A stretch of DNA of 64,000 nt from Candidatus Dojkabacteria bacterium (lineage in GTDB: Bacteria > Patescibacteriota > Dojkabacteria > SC72). Below the pieces are notes generated by a model, which was not told the DNA's origin, ran no database searches, and saw only the letters and a program-made list of their open reading frames with translations. Location: the NCBI GenBank assembly GCA_050950145.1, contig JBMNHB010000001.1, positions 300,458 to 364,457 on the forward strand, in the 5' to 3' direction. A program made the position numbers and the translations under genes. The first letter of the stretch is position 1. Each line of letters starts with the position of its first letter. Below are positions 38,652 through 47,075 of the stretch, piece after piece.

Positions 38652-38661
38652 TATCTGAAAA

Positions 38662-38745
38662 TGCCGAGGAGAGGACTCGAACCTCCAAGGGTTTTACCCC
38701 ATATGCTCCTAAGGCATATGTGTCTGCCAGTTTCACCACCTCGGC
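38662..38745 (-). tRNA. tRNA-Leu (anticodon TAG), type II with long variable arm, no encoded CCA
   Basis: Reverse complement GCCGAGGTGGTGAAACTGGCAGACACATATGCCTTAGGAGCATATGGGGTAAAACCCTTGGAGGTTCGAGTCCTCTCCTCGGCA. Loop is CTTAGGA. Confidence 0.85.
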
Positions 38746-38978
38746 TTAGTAGGCTATATTTTACTAAAAATTCGAACTTTTTAACAGTATTAGTGTAAAT
38801 ATAGTATGGAAATAATAGTTTGAAGAGAAAACCCAAATTTACTGTTCTCCCCCAATCACCTTACCATATACTTTAACATGTCCATTCTCTGTATATTCAG
38901 CAGTCTTTAAAACTTCTTCTTGTGTTAAACATTTACCAGGGATATCTTCTCTAACTTCTTCTAATTTAATATGTTTTT

Positions 38979-40517
38979 TCATTTTTTTAATTCTTTCTCT
39001 AAAGTAATCTTTACCTCTGCTGGATTAGCTGTACCATGTGTTAATTGCATAACCTTACCAACTAAAAAGCCAATACTAGCCTCCTTACCACCTCTGTAAT
39101 CATTAGCAGCCTGTGGATTCTCATCAATAACTTGCTTTGCAATATCTTCAAGACTCCCAACAGACTCCTTAGCACTCTTTAGTTTCTCAATCTCTTTGGA
39201 TATGTCAATATCTTTCTCTATACTCTCATTAAGTAATTCCTCTGCCTTGTTCTTTGTAAATATACCTTCCCTAAAAGCAATGATTAACAAAGCTAAGTCT
39301 TCTCCTTTAACACCTGTCTCTATAATATCCTTACCTTGCTTGTTTGCAATTGCATAGAGTGGACCCATAATCCAGTTTGAAGCCTCTGTAGCTGCATCTT
39401 TTTCATCCATATTCTCAGAGAGTTTCTTTTGAAGTTTCTCAAAATACTCAGCACTCTCTTTTGATGAAGAGATTACATCTGCAGCATACTCTGTAAGTTT
39501 CCAATCCTTCACATATCTCTTTATCTTCTCAGTTGGCAACTCAACTAACTCTTTCTTGATTCTTTCAATATCTTCCTTAGATACATCAATTATTGGAATA
39601 TCTGGATCTGGAGCATATCCATAGTCCTCAGCCTTTTCTTTACTTCTTTGGAACTCTGTAACACCCCTAGATGCATTCCAACCTCTTGTTTGCTGTATTA
39701 ACTCTTTTCCTTCCTCTAACTCTTCTATCATCCTCTTTACTTCATACTCTATAGCTTTTTCTACTGCTGTTATGGAACCAATATTCTTTACTTCAGTCTT
39801 AGGATTAAGTTTATAATCACCAATTGGTAATACCTTTCCATCTTTGTATTCCCATTTACCTTTTTCCTGAATTGAGATATTTGGTTCACATCTCATCTGT
39901 CCTTTCTCCATATCTGCATCGGAGACATTTAGATATCTAGCAATCTGTCTAATCTTTGTAGCATAGTCTTTAGCATCCTTTGCACTTCTAATATTTGGTT
40001 TTGTAACAATCTCAATCAATGGAACACTTGATTTATTAAAATCAAGAAGGGTATATTCCTTACCTGTAGAAGCTTCTACATGGTGTGTTGACTTACCAAC
40101 ATCTTCTTCTGGATGTATTCTTTCTATCTCTACCTTTGCACCACTTGGTACCTCTACATATCCGTTTGAGCATAATGGATTCTCTCCTTGTGTAATCTGA
40201 TATCCTTTAGGTAGGTCAGGGTAGGAGTAATGCTTTCTATCAAATTGTATCTCAGAAGCAATCTTACAATTTGTTCCTAAACCCATGAGGATACAGAGCT
40301 CTAGTGCTCTTTTATTTGGTTGGGGAGTACCTCCAAGTCCTAAACACATCGGACATACTTGCGTATTTGGTTCTTTCTGAAAGTACTGAGCTGGACATGA
40401 ACAAAACATCTTAGATTTTGTTTTAGTTTGTACATGTATCTCTAAACCAATTATCACATCGTATTTGTTTGTTGTATTTTTACTCATGGGGAATATATTA
40501 TCACTTTCTTTATTCAA
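38979..40517 (-). CDS. gatB: Asp-tRNA(Asn)/Glu-tRNA(Gln) amidotransferase subunit B
   Basis: 'YDVIIGLEIHVQ', 'KMFCSC' and the C-terminal YqeY-like domain. Full length. Confidence 0.9.
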   Translation of the reverse strand: MNKESDNIFPMSKNTTNKYDVIIGLEIHVQTKTKSKMFCSCPAQYFQKEPNTQVCPMCLGLGGTPQPNKRALELCILMGLGTNCKIASEIQFDRKHYSYPDLPKGYQITQGENPLCSNGYVEVPSGAKVEIERIHPEEDVGKSTHHVEASTGKEYTLLDFNKSSVPLIEIVTKPNIRSAKDAKDYATKIRQIARYLNVSDADMEKGQMRCEPNISIQEKGKWEYKDGKVLPIGDYKLNPKTEVKNIGSITAVEKAIEYEVKRMIEELEEGKELIQQTRGWNASRGVTEFQRSKEKAEDYGYAPDPDIPIIDVSKEDIERIKKELVELPTEKIKRYVKDWKLTEYAADVISSSKESAEYFEKLQKKLSENMDEKDAATEASNWIMGPLYAIANKQGKDIIETGVKGEDLALLIIAFREGIFTKNKAEELLNESIEKDIDISKEIEKLKSAKESVGSLEDIAKQVIDENPQAANDYRGGKEASIGFLVGKVMQLTHGTANPAEVKITLEKELKK

Positions 40518-41592
40518 TATCCATAACTAACTCATCATCCTTCTCAAATTTTTCTTTGCATAATACATAGAATGTACCTCTACCTCTACCTTTTGATTTA
40601 ATATATCCTTTTTCAACCATATCTTGCAAATCTCTATATGATGTCATGAAAGATACACCCATCATCTTTGTCAATTCCTTCCTATTTATCTTCTGATTAA
40701 GTGTAAGGTAGTCTATAATCTGAATCTGCCTAGGATTCAATTCCCATTCAAGAGTACCTTGTTTTTTAACTTTTTTAAGGTATGTATCAGCATATTCTTT
40801 TGATACTTCAATAGCAGTAAGTGAAACTGTGTAGAGAAATGCTTCTATGAAAGGAGTTAGGTCCATCTTAGCTTTTGTCATCTTGTGTGCAGAGAGTAGA
40901 TCTTCAGCGACATATTCTAATGATTTGAAATACGGAATTATATTCTCCGGATTATACCCATATTTTTTAGATAGTATTTCTACAACAAGTATTGCAGTGA
41001 TTTGATTACCTACTGAAAATGGTGCTTTATCTAAAAATTCATAGAGTAGTATCCCAATTTTAATTAATTTATGATTACTATCTGTTCCATTCTGTATCCA
41101 ATCAAAAAGTTCATTAAAGTGAGAAGTCATATCCATATTTGGATAGAAATCTCTGGCTTTGTACCATGTATCATATATTTCATTTGGTTTTTCACTAAAT
41201 CCTCTAATTTTTCCAATATCCCAATCATCTACAATACCTCTCATTACTAATCTATTAATATGTACAGCTAATTCCATAGAGGGTTTGAGAGAGTTTGCAT
41301 TGTTGTAGGATTTTACAAAGTCTTTGGCACTTCTGAAGTTTGTAAATATTTTTAGTTTCTTTTTCTCAGAAGGCATTTCTTGTCCTCTTTGTATTGTTAG
41401 AGCTTTGTTGTAACCAATTGGATATGCTATTAAATCACCCATCTTCTGTATATCTTCTGCAGAAAATCGTTCTTTTAATGGTGTTTTATATTTCTCTGGT
41501 AGAGGATTATATTTAATCTCATTCATTGATAGCTCATACTTAATAATGTAGTTGAGCATAAGATTTGTAAGCGTATATTTAGGTGTTTTCAT
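40510..41592 (-). CDS. Fic/DOC family protein with degenerate active-site motif and C-terminal winged-helix
   Basis: Fic-fold helix 'YEFLDKAPFSVGNQITAILVVEILSKKYGY' aligns to HPFx(D/E)GNGR but lacks His and Arg. C-terminal 'LTLNQKINRKELTKMMGVSFMTSYRDLQDMVEKGYI' wHTH. Overlaps gatB by 8 nt. Confidence 0.5.
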   Translation of the reverse strand: MKTPKYTLTNLMLNYIIKYELSMNEIKYNPLPEKYKTPLKERFSAEDIQKMGDLIAYPIGYNKALTIQRGQEMPSEKKKLKIFTNFRSAKDFVKSYNNANSLKPSMELAVHINRLVMRGIVDDWDIGKIRGFSEKPNEIYDTWYKARDFYPNMDMTSHFNELFDWIQNGTDSNHKLIKIGILLYEFLDKAPFSVGNQITAILVVEILSKKYGYNPENIIPYFKSLEYVAEDLLSAHKMTKAKMDLTPFIEAFLYTVSLTAIEVSKEYADTYLKKVKKQGTLEWELNPRQIQIIDYLTLNQKINRKELTKMMGVSFMTSYRDLQDMVEKGYIKSKGRGRGTFYVLCKEKFEKDDELVMDIE

Positions 41593-41608
41593 CTTTATTC
41601 TAAAAAAA

Positions 41609-41681
41609 AGCTGGTAGATGGTCTCGAACCATCGACCTGTCCCTTACGAAGGGAATGCTCTACCAACTGAGCTATACCAGC
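41609..41681 (-). tRNA. tRNA-Thr (anticodon CGT), no encoded CCA
   Basis: Reverse complement GCTGGTATAGCTCAGTTGGTAGAGCATTCCCTTCGTAAGGGACAGGTCGATGGTTCGAGACCATCTACCAGCT. Loop is TTCGTAA. Confidence 0.8.
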
Positions 41682-41747
41682 AATCGTAACAAAGATTGTA
41701 ACATAGGAGGGTGGTGTAGGCAAGAGAAATATGTTGTATAATGAAGT

Positions 41748-42275
41748 ATGGAAACAAAAAAGAAAATATATAATTTACAGAGAAAAGATAATCTTAGTTG
41801 GGATGTTTATTTCATGGCAATAGCTAAACTTTCTGCTATGAGAAGTAAAGATTCTAGTACTCAAGTTGGTGCATGTATAGTAGGTAGTGATAACAGAATA
41901 CTTTCAATTGGTTACAATGGTGCACCTAATGGTTGGGAAGATGATAATTTCCCTTGGGCAAGAGAAGGAGAACCTCTAGAGATTAAATATCCTTATGTTG
42001 TACATGCAGAGAGAAATGCAATATTAAACTATAGGGGTAGTAGAAAGGATATGGAAGGTGCAAAGATATATGTAGATCTTTTTCCATGTAATGAATGTGC
42101 AAAGGAGATTATTCAATCAGGGATAAAAGAAGTTATATATCTATCTGATAAATATGCGGAAACAGAAGCTATTATTGCATCAAAGAGATTGTTTAATGAA
42201 TGTGGTGTTAAGTATAGACAGTTAGATAAGAAGAGTCAGATAAAACTAGAGATTGATCTGTGTAATAAGGAATAA
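41748..42275 (+). CDS. dCMP deaminase (ComEB-like)
   Basis: Zn-binding 'HAERNA' and 'PCNECAKEI' motifs. Size 175 aa. Confidence 0.85.
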   Translation: METKKKIYNLQRKDNLSWDVYFMAIAKLSAMRSKDSSTQVGACIVGSDNRILSIGYNGAPNGWEDDNFPWAREGEPLEIKYPYVVHAERNAILNYRGSRKDMEGAKIYVDLFPCNECAKEIIQSGIKEVIYLSDKYAETEAIIASKRLFNECGVKYRQLDKKSQIKLEIDLCNKE

Positions 42276-42278
42276 CGA

Positions 42279-42605
42279 TTATTTCCTCCTTATTTCAATA
42301 TCATAGTACTGTTCTTGAAAATGAGTTTTTTCTAGTATTTCTTCATCTGTAAAATCAACACCCTCTGGAGCAGCCACCCATTTTTCTTCAGTGTCGTTAT
42401 TTCTATGTATAATTGCAATTACTTTTCCAGTCCATTCCTTTAGTGGTTTATCTGGACCTAGTATATATACATCTTGTTCTTCTCCATCTCCACCAATTAC
42501 ACCCTCAACATATCCATAGTTAACAGAATATTTAATATTAGGATATTTTGGATGCACAGACCCCATTGGTCTATCAATTATCACCTTTACTGTTTCTCCT
42601 ACCAT
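42279..42605 (-). CDS. Short inorganic-pyrophosphatase-like protein
   Basis: 'NYGYVEGVIGGDGEEQDVYILG' resembles the family I PPase 'NYGFIP...DGDPLDVLV' core, but at 108 aa it is ~65 aa shorter than canonical. Confidence 0.4.
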   Translation of the reverse strand: MVGETVKVIIDRPMGSVHPKYPNIKYSVNYGYVEGVIGGDGEEQDVYILGPDKPLKEWTGKVIAIIHRNNDTEEKWVAAPEGVDFTDEEILEKTHFQEQYYDIEIRRK

Positions 42606-42628
42606 AAAGTTGTGTTAGTTATTTAAAA

Positions 42629-42702
42629 AGCGAGAGACGGGATTCGAACCCGCGACCTTCTCCTTGGGAAGGAGACATTCTAGCCAACTGAACTACTCTC
42701 GC
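42629..42702 (-). tRNA. tRNA-Gly (anticodon CCC), no encoded CCA
   Basis: Reverse complement GCGAGAGTAGTTCAGTTGGCTAGAATGTCTCCTTCCCAAGGAGAAGGTCGCGGGTTCGAATCCCGTCTCTCGCT. Loop is TCCCAAG. U73. Confidence 0.85.
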
Positions 42703-42767
42703 ATATAGGTATTCTACTAAAAAAAAGAGGGTATTCCTACCCCCTTTCTTTTATAGATCTAAAGAAA

Positions 42768-43145
42768 CTATGCAGCTATCTGCTTTTTAACATCTTCCCA
42801 GTCTTCTCTTAACTGATTATCTAACTTCTTAGCAGCTTTTTCTGTAAGCTTACCATTTCCTTTAAAGGTTTCTACAATCTCTGCTACAATCTTTTTATAT
42901 TCCTCTGCATCTATCTTTTTCCCAGCCTTCTTTACATTAGCTATCTTCTTGTTTACTTCAGCTTTTGCTTGCTCAAAAAGTTCAAGACCTTTCTCTTTTG
43001 TATCCTTAGCAAACTTTTTAATATCCTCTCTTGTTTCTTTACCAGATTTTGGAGCTAAGAGGACTCCTGCTGCAGCGCCTGCTAATGCACCAATAGCTAC
43101 ACCTGCGGCTACTTTACCAGCAACATTCTTGTTTTTGTCTCCCAT
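42768..43145 (-). CDS. YtxH-domain (DUF948-like) stress protein
   Basis: N-terminal 'AAGVAIGALAGAAAGVLLAPKSGKETREDIKK' is the YtxH signature. Coiled-coil remainder. Confidence 0.6.
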   Translation of the reverse strand: MGDKNKNVAGKVAAGVAIGALAGAAAGVLLAPKSGKETREDIKKFAKDTKEKGLELFEQAKAEVNKKIANVKKAGKKIDAEEYKKIVAEIVETFKGNGKLTEKAAKKLDNQLREDWEDVKKQIAA

Positions 43146-43166
43146 ATATATAAATAATAAATTTAA

Positions 43167-43460
43167 TTAAAACTTAACAAACTTAAATATTAGATATGCA
43201 ATAATAATTAGTATACAAGGTATTAGTATAGCAAGAAGTAGAGTACCAAAGGAATAGGAGGGTTCATTTTGAGTTTGTGATTCTAGGGTTTTTACTGTTT
43301 CTTTCTCTGTTTTCTCTTCAATTGCATCTTCTGTTTCTTCTTGTTGAGTTGCAGTAGGTATATTTTCTTCTTCATGTGCCCTTGTCTCTATTGTAGGTGA
43401 TGCTAAAAAGATAAAGAGAGATACTCCAGCTATTAAAAATACTTTGTATATCTTTTTCAT
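43167..43460 (-). CDS. Small secreted/membrane protein (hypothetical)
   Basis: Signal peptide, acidic middle, C-terminal TM. 97 aa. Confidence 0.35.
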   Translation of the reverse strand: MKKIYKVFLIAGVSLFIFLASPTIETRAHEEENIPTATQQEETEDAIEEKTEKETVKTLESQTQNEPSYSFGTLLLAILIPCILIIIAYLIFKFVKF

Positions 43461-43466
43461 AATTAC

Positions 43467-44114
43467 ATGTTAACATATATAACTATGGTAAATCCAGATA
43501 CAAAATTAGAGGAGAAGTTATGGAGAAGAGGATTGAAGTATGTTGTGGGTGTAGATGAGGCTGGTAGAGGGCCTCTTGCTGGTCCTGTTGTAGTTGCAGG
43601 GGTAGTCATTGAATCATCTAGTCAGGTTGTAGAAGGTGTAAGGGATAGTAAGAAGATGAGTAAGAAACAGAGAGAGGAGAAGTATGATGAGATTCTTAAG
43701 ATATCTACTGCATGTGGTGTTGGTATTGTAAGTTGCAAAGAGATAGATAAAGTAGGAATTAAAGAAGCTGTAAGGATAGCCATGGAGAAAGCAGTTTTAG
43801 AGGTTGAGAAGAAACTTAAGTGTAAAGTAGATTACATTATTTCTGATGGAGCTGTATACCTCCTAGAGGACAGAGAGATGCTTAGTATTAGTCATGGAGA
43901 TTTGCACCATTATAGTATCTCTGCTGCGTCTGTACTTGCTAAGGTGGTAAGGGATAGGATTATGGAGAAGTATGCTAAGAAGTATCCTGAATATGGTTTT
44001 GAAAGACATGTTGGTTATGGTACTAAACAACATTTAGAGGCTATTTCTAAGTATGGTATTTGTCCTATTCATAGGAAAAGTTATGCCCCTATTAAAAAAG
44101 CTTGTAAAATGTAG
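43467..44114 (+). CDS. rnhB: Ribonuclease HII
   Basis: 'VVGVDEAGRGPLAGPVVVA' catalytic DEDD start motif. Size 215 aa. Confidence 0.9.
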   Translation: MLTYITMVNPDTKLEEKLWRRGLKYVVGVDEAGRGPLAGPVVVAGVVIESSSQVVEGVRDSKKMSKKQREEKYDEILKISTACGVGIVSCKEIDKVGIKEAVRIAMEKAVLEVEKKLKCKVDYIISDGAVYLLEDREMLSISHGDLHHYSISAASVLAKVVRDRIMEKYAKKYPEYGFERHVGYGTKQHLEAISKYGICPIHRKSYAPIKKACKM

Positions 44115-44145
44115 TAGTTGAATAGTATAATGACGAGTCATTTAT

Positions 44146-44219
44146 GGGGTGCTAGCTCATCAGGTTAGAGCAACTGCCTTTTAAGCAGTTGGTGCTGGGT
44201 TCGAGTCCCAGGCACCTCA
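44146..44219 (+). tRNA. tRNA-Lys (anticodon TTT), no encoded CCA
   Basis: GGGGTGCTAGCTCATCAGGTTAGAGCAACTGCCTTTTAAGCAGTTGGTGCTGGGTTCGAGTCCCAGGCACCTCA. Loop is CTTTTAA. Confidence 0.85.
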
Positions 44220-44304
44220 CTTTTCAATAACTACTATATCCATTGTATAAATAATTTAGTTATGCTAATTTATTAATATAAATATAATTTTATTTATTCA
44301 AACT

Positions 44305-45138
44305 ATGGATGATAAATTAAAAACACAACCAGAAGAAGTAAAGGCAGGGGTAAAAGTAGAAACACCCAAGAAACCTAATACTCTTCTTGCCGTTCTTGTT
44401 ACAATTTTGGTTATGACACTTTTAGCAGTAGTTGTAGGACTTTTCTTTTTTAAGGTTAATTTCAAAGGTACAAAAGAAGTAACAGATACTGGTACAGGAG
44501 TAGAAGTCTTGGAGGAAGGAGAATCTCCAGAAGAAGGAGAATCAGGATGTGCTGTTGAAACATGTGATGCATCAGCAAAAGTTGGATGTGAGGTTAAGAA
44601 TTCTGGTTGGGCACAGTTTTGTTTCCCAGACATTAAGTTTAGTGCAGAAATACCTTCTGATTTAATAAAATTTGACTTTAGTGGAACAGAATTAGAATCA
44701 AGATGGACTGCAGCACAGTACTCAAGGCCTGAGCATAAATTTACCGGCTTTGGGCAATATGTTAAAACTGTTAGTATTCAATTCTCTCCATTTAGTACCA
44801 ATGGTGTAGTATGTGGAGGCCCAGGATGTGCTGGTATGAGTAGTATAAGTATAGATGTCTTTAAGAATACCTCAAATAAAACACTTGATGAGCTTTGGAC
44901 TGCTTTCAAAAATTCACCAACAGATCCAGATGCGATGGATGAGATAAATGGGAGTAAGACAACTAAGTGGGGGACATCAGTATACAAATATGCACAAGGA
45001 AGTGTCTATGGAGATATTCCTGGATATTTACTTGTAAAGAACGGGTTTGTGTATGATGTATCATATACTCTCTCTCCATCACCAACAGCAGCATATACAT
45101 CCGCAGAGAAGATAATTGAATCTATGCAGTTTAACTAA
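44305..45138 (+). CDS. Membrane-anchored extracytoplasmic protein (hypothetical)
   Basis: 277-aa ORF, N-terminal TM after a basic tail, Cys pairs in the ectodomain. Confidence 0.4.
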   Translation: MDDKLKTQPEEVKAGVKVETPKKPNTLLAVLVTILVMTLLAVVVGLFFFKVNFKGTKEVTDTGTGVEVLEEGESPEEGESGCAVETCDASAKVGCEVKNSGWAQFCFPDIKFSAEIPSDLIKFDFSGTELESRWTAAQYSRPEHKFTGFGQYVKTVSIQFSPFSTNGVVCGGPGCAGMSSISIDVFKNTSNKTLDELWTAFKNSPTDPDAMDEINGSKTTKWGTSVYKYAQGSVYGDIPGYLLVKNGFVYDVSYTLSPSPTAAYTSAEKIIESMQFN

Positions 45139-45167
45139 CAAGGGATATAATAAAATATTAATATTAG

Positions 45168-46094
45168 TTGGGTAATATTATGTCAGATAGAAAGTTATAT
45201 ATTGTAATATTTCTTCTTCTCTTGGCTATTCTAGGTTTAACTGGTTACTATCTTCATGGTAAAGGTGTATTTGATATTTCTAAAGATAAAAAAGTTGTTG
45301 AGAATGAAGATGGGCAAGGCGATGGGGATGATGGATTATTTAAAACAAAAAAGGGTGTAGCTTTTACTCTTACATCACCACTTCCCAATTCAACAGTTGA
45401 TTGTAAATTCCAAATAGTTGGGGATATGCCAAGTAAATGGTTTTTTGAAGGAACATTCCCTTATGAAATTATGGTAGGAGGGAAATTAGTTCACGAAGGC
45501 AGTGTTCAGACAGAAGATGATTGGACTAAGAAATCAATCCTTCACTTTGTTGCAGATGTAGATTGTGGAGAAAAATGTATAGGTGATGGAGAGATCATAT
45601 TGAAAAATGAAAATCCAAGTGGTCTTAAGAAAAATGAAGATAGCTATACTATCCCTATTAAATTTCCCAGTACATGTGCAGTAAAAGAACCAGTTGAACT
45701 TGAGACAATGCAGGTAAAGGTGTTCTTTGCTAATACGGATGAAGATCCCGATTCATCTAGATGTGAAGTAACTTTTCCAGTAACAAGAACAATAACCAAA
45801 ACTCAAGCAGTTGGAAGAGCATCTCTTAACGAACTTTTGAAAGGTGTTACATCTGTAGAAAAAGCTAAGAAGTATCATACTGCTATACCTGAAGGTGTGG
45901 TATTAAAGAGTCTTACTATCAAAGAAGGTGTTGCATACGCAGACTTTAATTCAAAATTAACAGAAGGAGTAGGTGGTACGTGTTTAGTAGATAGAATTAG
46001 ATCTCAGATAAGGAATACTTTACAACAGTTTCCAACTGTTAAGAATGTAGTAATAGCTGTAGATGGGAAAACAGAAGGAGTTCTAGAACCTTAA
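45168..46094 (+). CDS. Membrane-anchored Gmad2 + GerMN domain protein
   Basis: N-terminal TM. Middle Ig-like 'KFQIVGDMPSKWFFEGTFPYEIMVGG' (Gmad2-like). C-terminal 'ASLNELLKGVT...IPEGVVLKSLTIKEGVAYADFN...QFPTVKNVVIAVDGK' (GerMN pattern). Confidence 0.5.
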   Translation: MGNIMSDRKLYIVIFLLLLAILGLTGYYLHGKGVFDISKDKKVVENEDGQGDGDDGLFKTKKGVAFTLTSPLPNSTVDCKFQIVGDMPSKWFFEGTFPYEIMVGGKLVHEGSVQTEDDWTKKSILHFVADVDCGEKCIGDGEIILKNENPSGLKKNEDSYTIPIKFPSTCAVKEPVELETMQVKVFFANTDEDPDSSRCEVTFPVTRTITKTQAVGRASLNELLKGVTSVEKAKKYHTAIPEGVVLKSLTIKEGVAYADFNSKLTEGVGGTCLVDRIRSQIRNTLQQFPTVKNVVIAVDGKTEGVLEP

Positions 46095-46651
46095 GCCCAG
46101 TAAGTGAGTACACAGATAATTGCTGTTACTAAGGTCCCTGCTATAACTTGTGCTAAGTTATGTTTCTCTAATTTAATTCTCGACCAAGCTATAAAAGGGG
46201 AGAAGAGGAAAAGAAATAAAAAGTATGGAGAAAGTAAGTAGGTTAAGGTAAAGAACAGTAAGGTAGAATATGTCATATGACCACTAATTTTCCAAAAAAA
46301 TGTAATCAATGTAATTATTGAAGCTACTAAAAAGATAGCTAAAGAAACATCTGTTAATGGTTCAATACCATATCTTCTTAAAAGTAGGAATAATACACCA
46401 AATAGAAGAGATATGGATATAAAATATGGAGGTCTCTCTTCTCTTTTTGTAAATTCATAATCAGAAGCCTTTCCAAGTTTTTTAAGAATCAAGTAGGGTA
46501 AAACTGTTGTCAAAAGATATGCTAAGCAATATACAACCTTCAATTCTATCTTGAGAGGGGATATCACTATAGCCAATAATGGTGTTAACATCATGGTAAG
46601 AAAACCATTTGAAATTTCTGAAATTATTCTTGCTATCTTTTTCTTGCTCAT
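46091..46651 (-). CDS. PAP2-family membrane phosphatase (tentative)
   Basis: Multi-TM. 'KISGHMTYS' (PSGH-like) and 'RIKLEKHNLAQVIAG' (SRxxxxxHxxxD-like) motifs. Confidence 0.4.
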   Translation of the reverse strand: MSKKKIARIISEISNGFLTMMLTPLLAIVISPLKIELKVVYCLAYLLTTVLPYLILKKLGKASDYEFTKREERPPYFISISLLFGVLFLLLRRYGIEPLTDVSLAIFLVASIITLITFFWKISGHMTYSTLLFFTLTYLLSPYFLFLFLFSPFIAWSRIKLEKHNLAQVIAGTLVTAIICVLTYWA

Positions 46652-46676
46652 TATTCAGTATAACACGAATAATATA

Positions 46677-47075
46677 TTACTTTCCAAACAACTGTTTTTT
46701 TACTTCCTCCCTATCTTTTTCTGTTAATATTTCAATACTACTTATCTGTTTTTCTTTAGAACTTTCAAAAATCTTCATAATTTCATTCGGATTATCATCA
46801 CCTGCTATCCTATTTGTACTTACAGCTCCACATTTTTCACATCTGTGGACAATCATAATTTCTCCAACTTTTTCGTTCCCATATTTATCAACTTTTCTCT
46901 TTTTAAATGTAAGTCCAATAGGAATCATCTTCCCTTGACACTTTGATTTCCTATCTCCAGGAATATTCTCATCTAAATGTTGTGAAAGAAGACAAAAAGG
47001 GCAGTGATTTCTGTTCTTTGTTCCGATATATCCATTCTCTTTAACTTCTTTTTTACAATTGAAACACTTAAACAT
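46677..47075 (-). CDS. RNHCP-domain zinc-ribbon protein
   Basis: 'CFNCKKEV...NRNHCPFC...HRCEKCG' matches the RNHCP domain. Overlaps the upstream helicase gene by 8 nt. Confidence 0.5.
   Translation of the reverse strand: MFKCFNCKKEVKENGYIGTKNRNHCPFCLLSQHLDENIPGDRKSKCQGKMIPIGLTFKKRKVDKYGNEKVGEIMIVHRCEKCGAVSTNRIAGDDNPNEIMKIFESSKEKQISSIEILTEKDREEVKKQLFGK

Noticed and set aside
38648-38836. 62-aa minus-strand ORF overlapping tRNA-Leu
   Set aside because: It spans the entire tRNA-Leu(TAG) gene on the same strand. The tRNA cloverleaf is unambiguous, so this is an ORF artefact.
44298-44633. 111-aa minus-strand ORF (Ser/Thr/Pro-rich)
   Set aside because: Antisense to the better-supported 277-aa membrane protein gene 44305..45138. 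The composition reflects the antisense of a K/E-rich gene.
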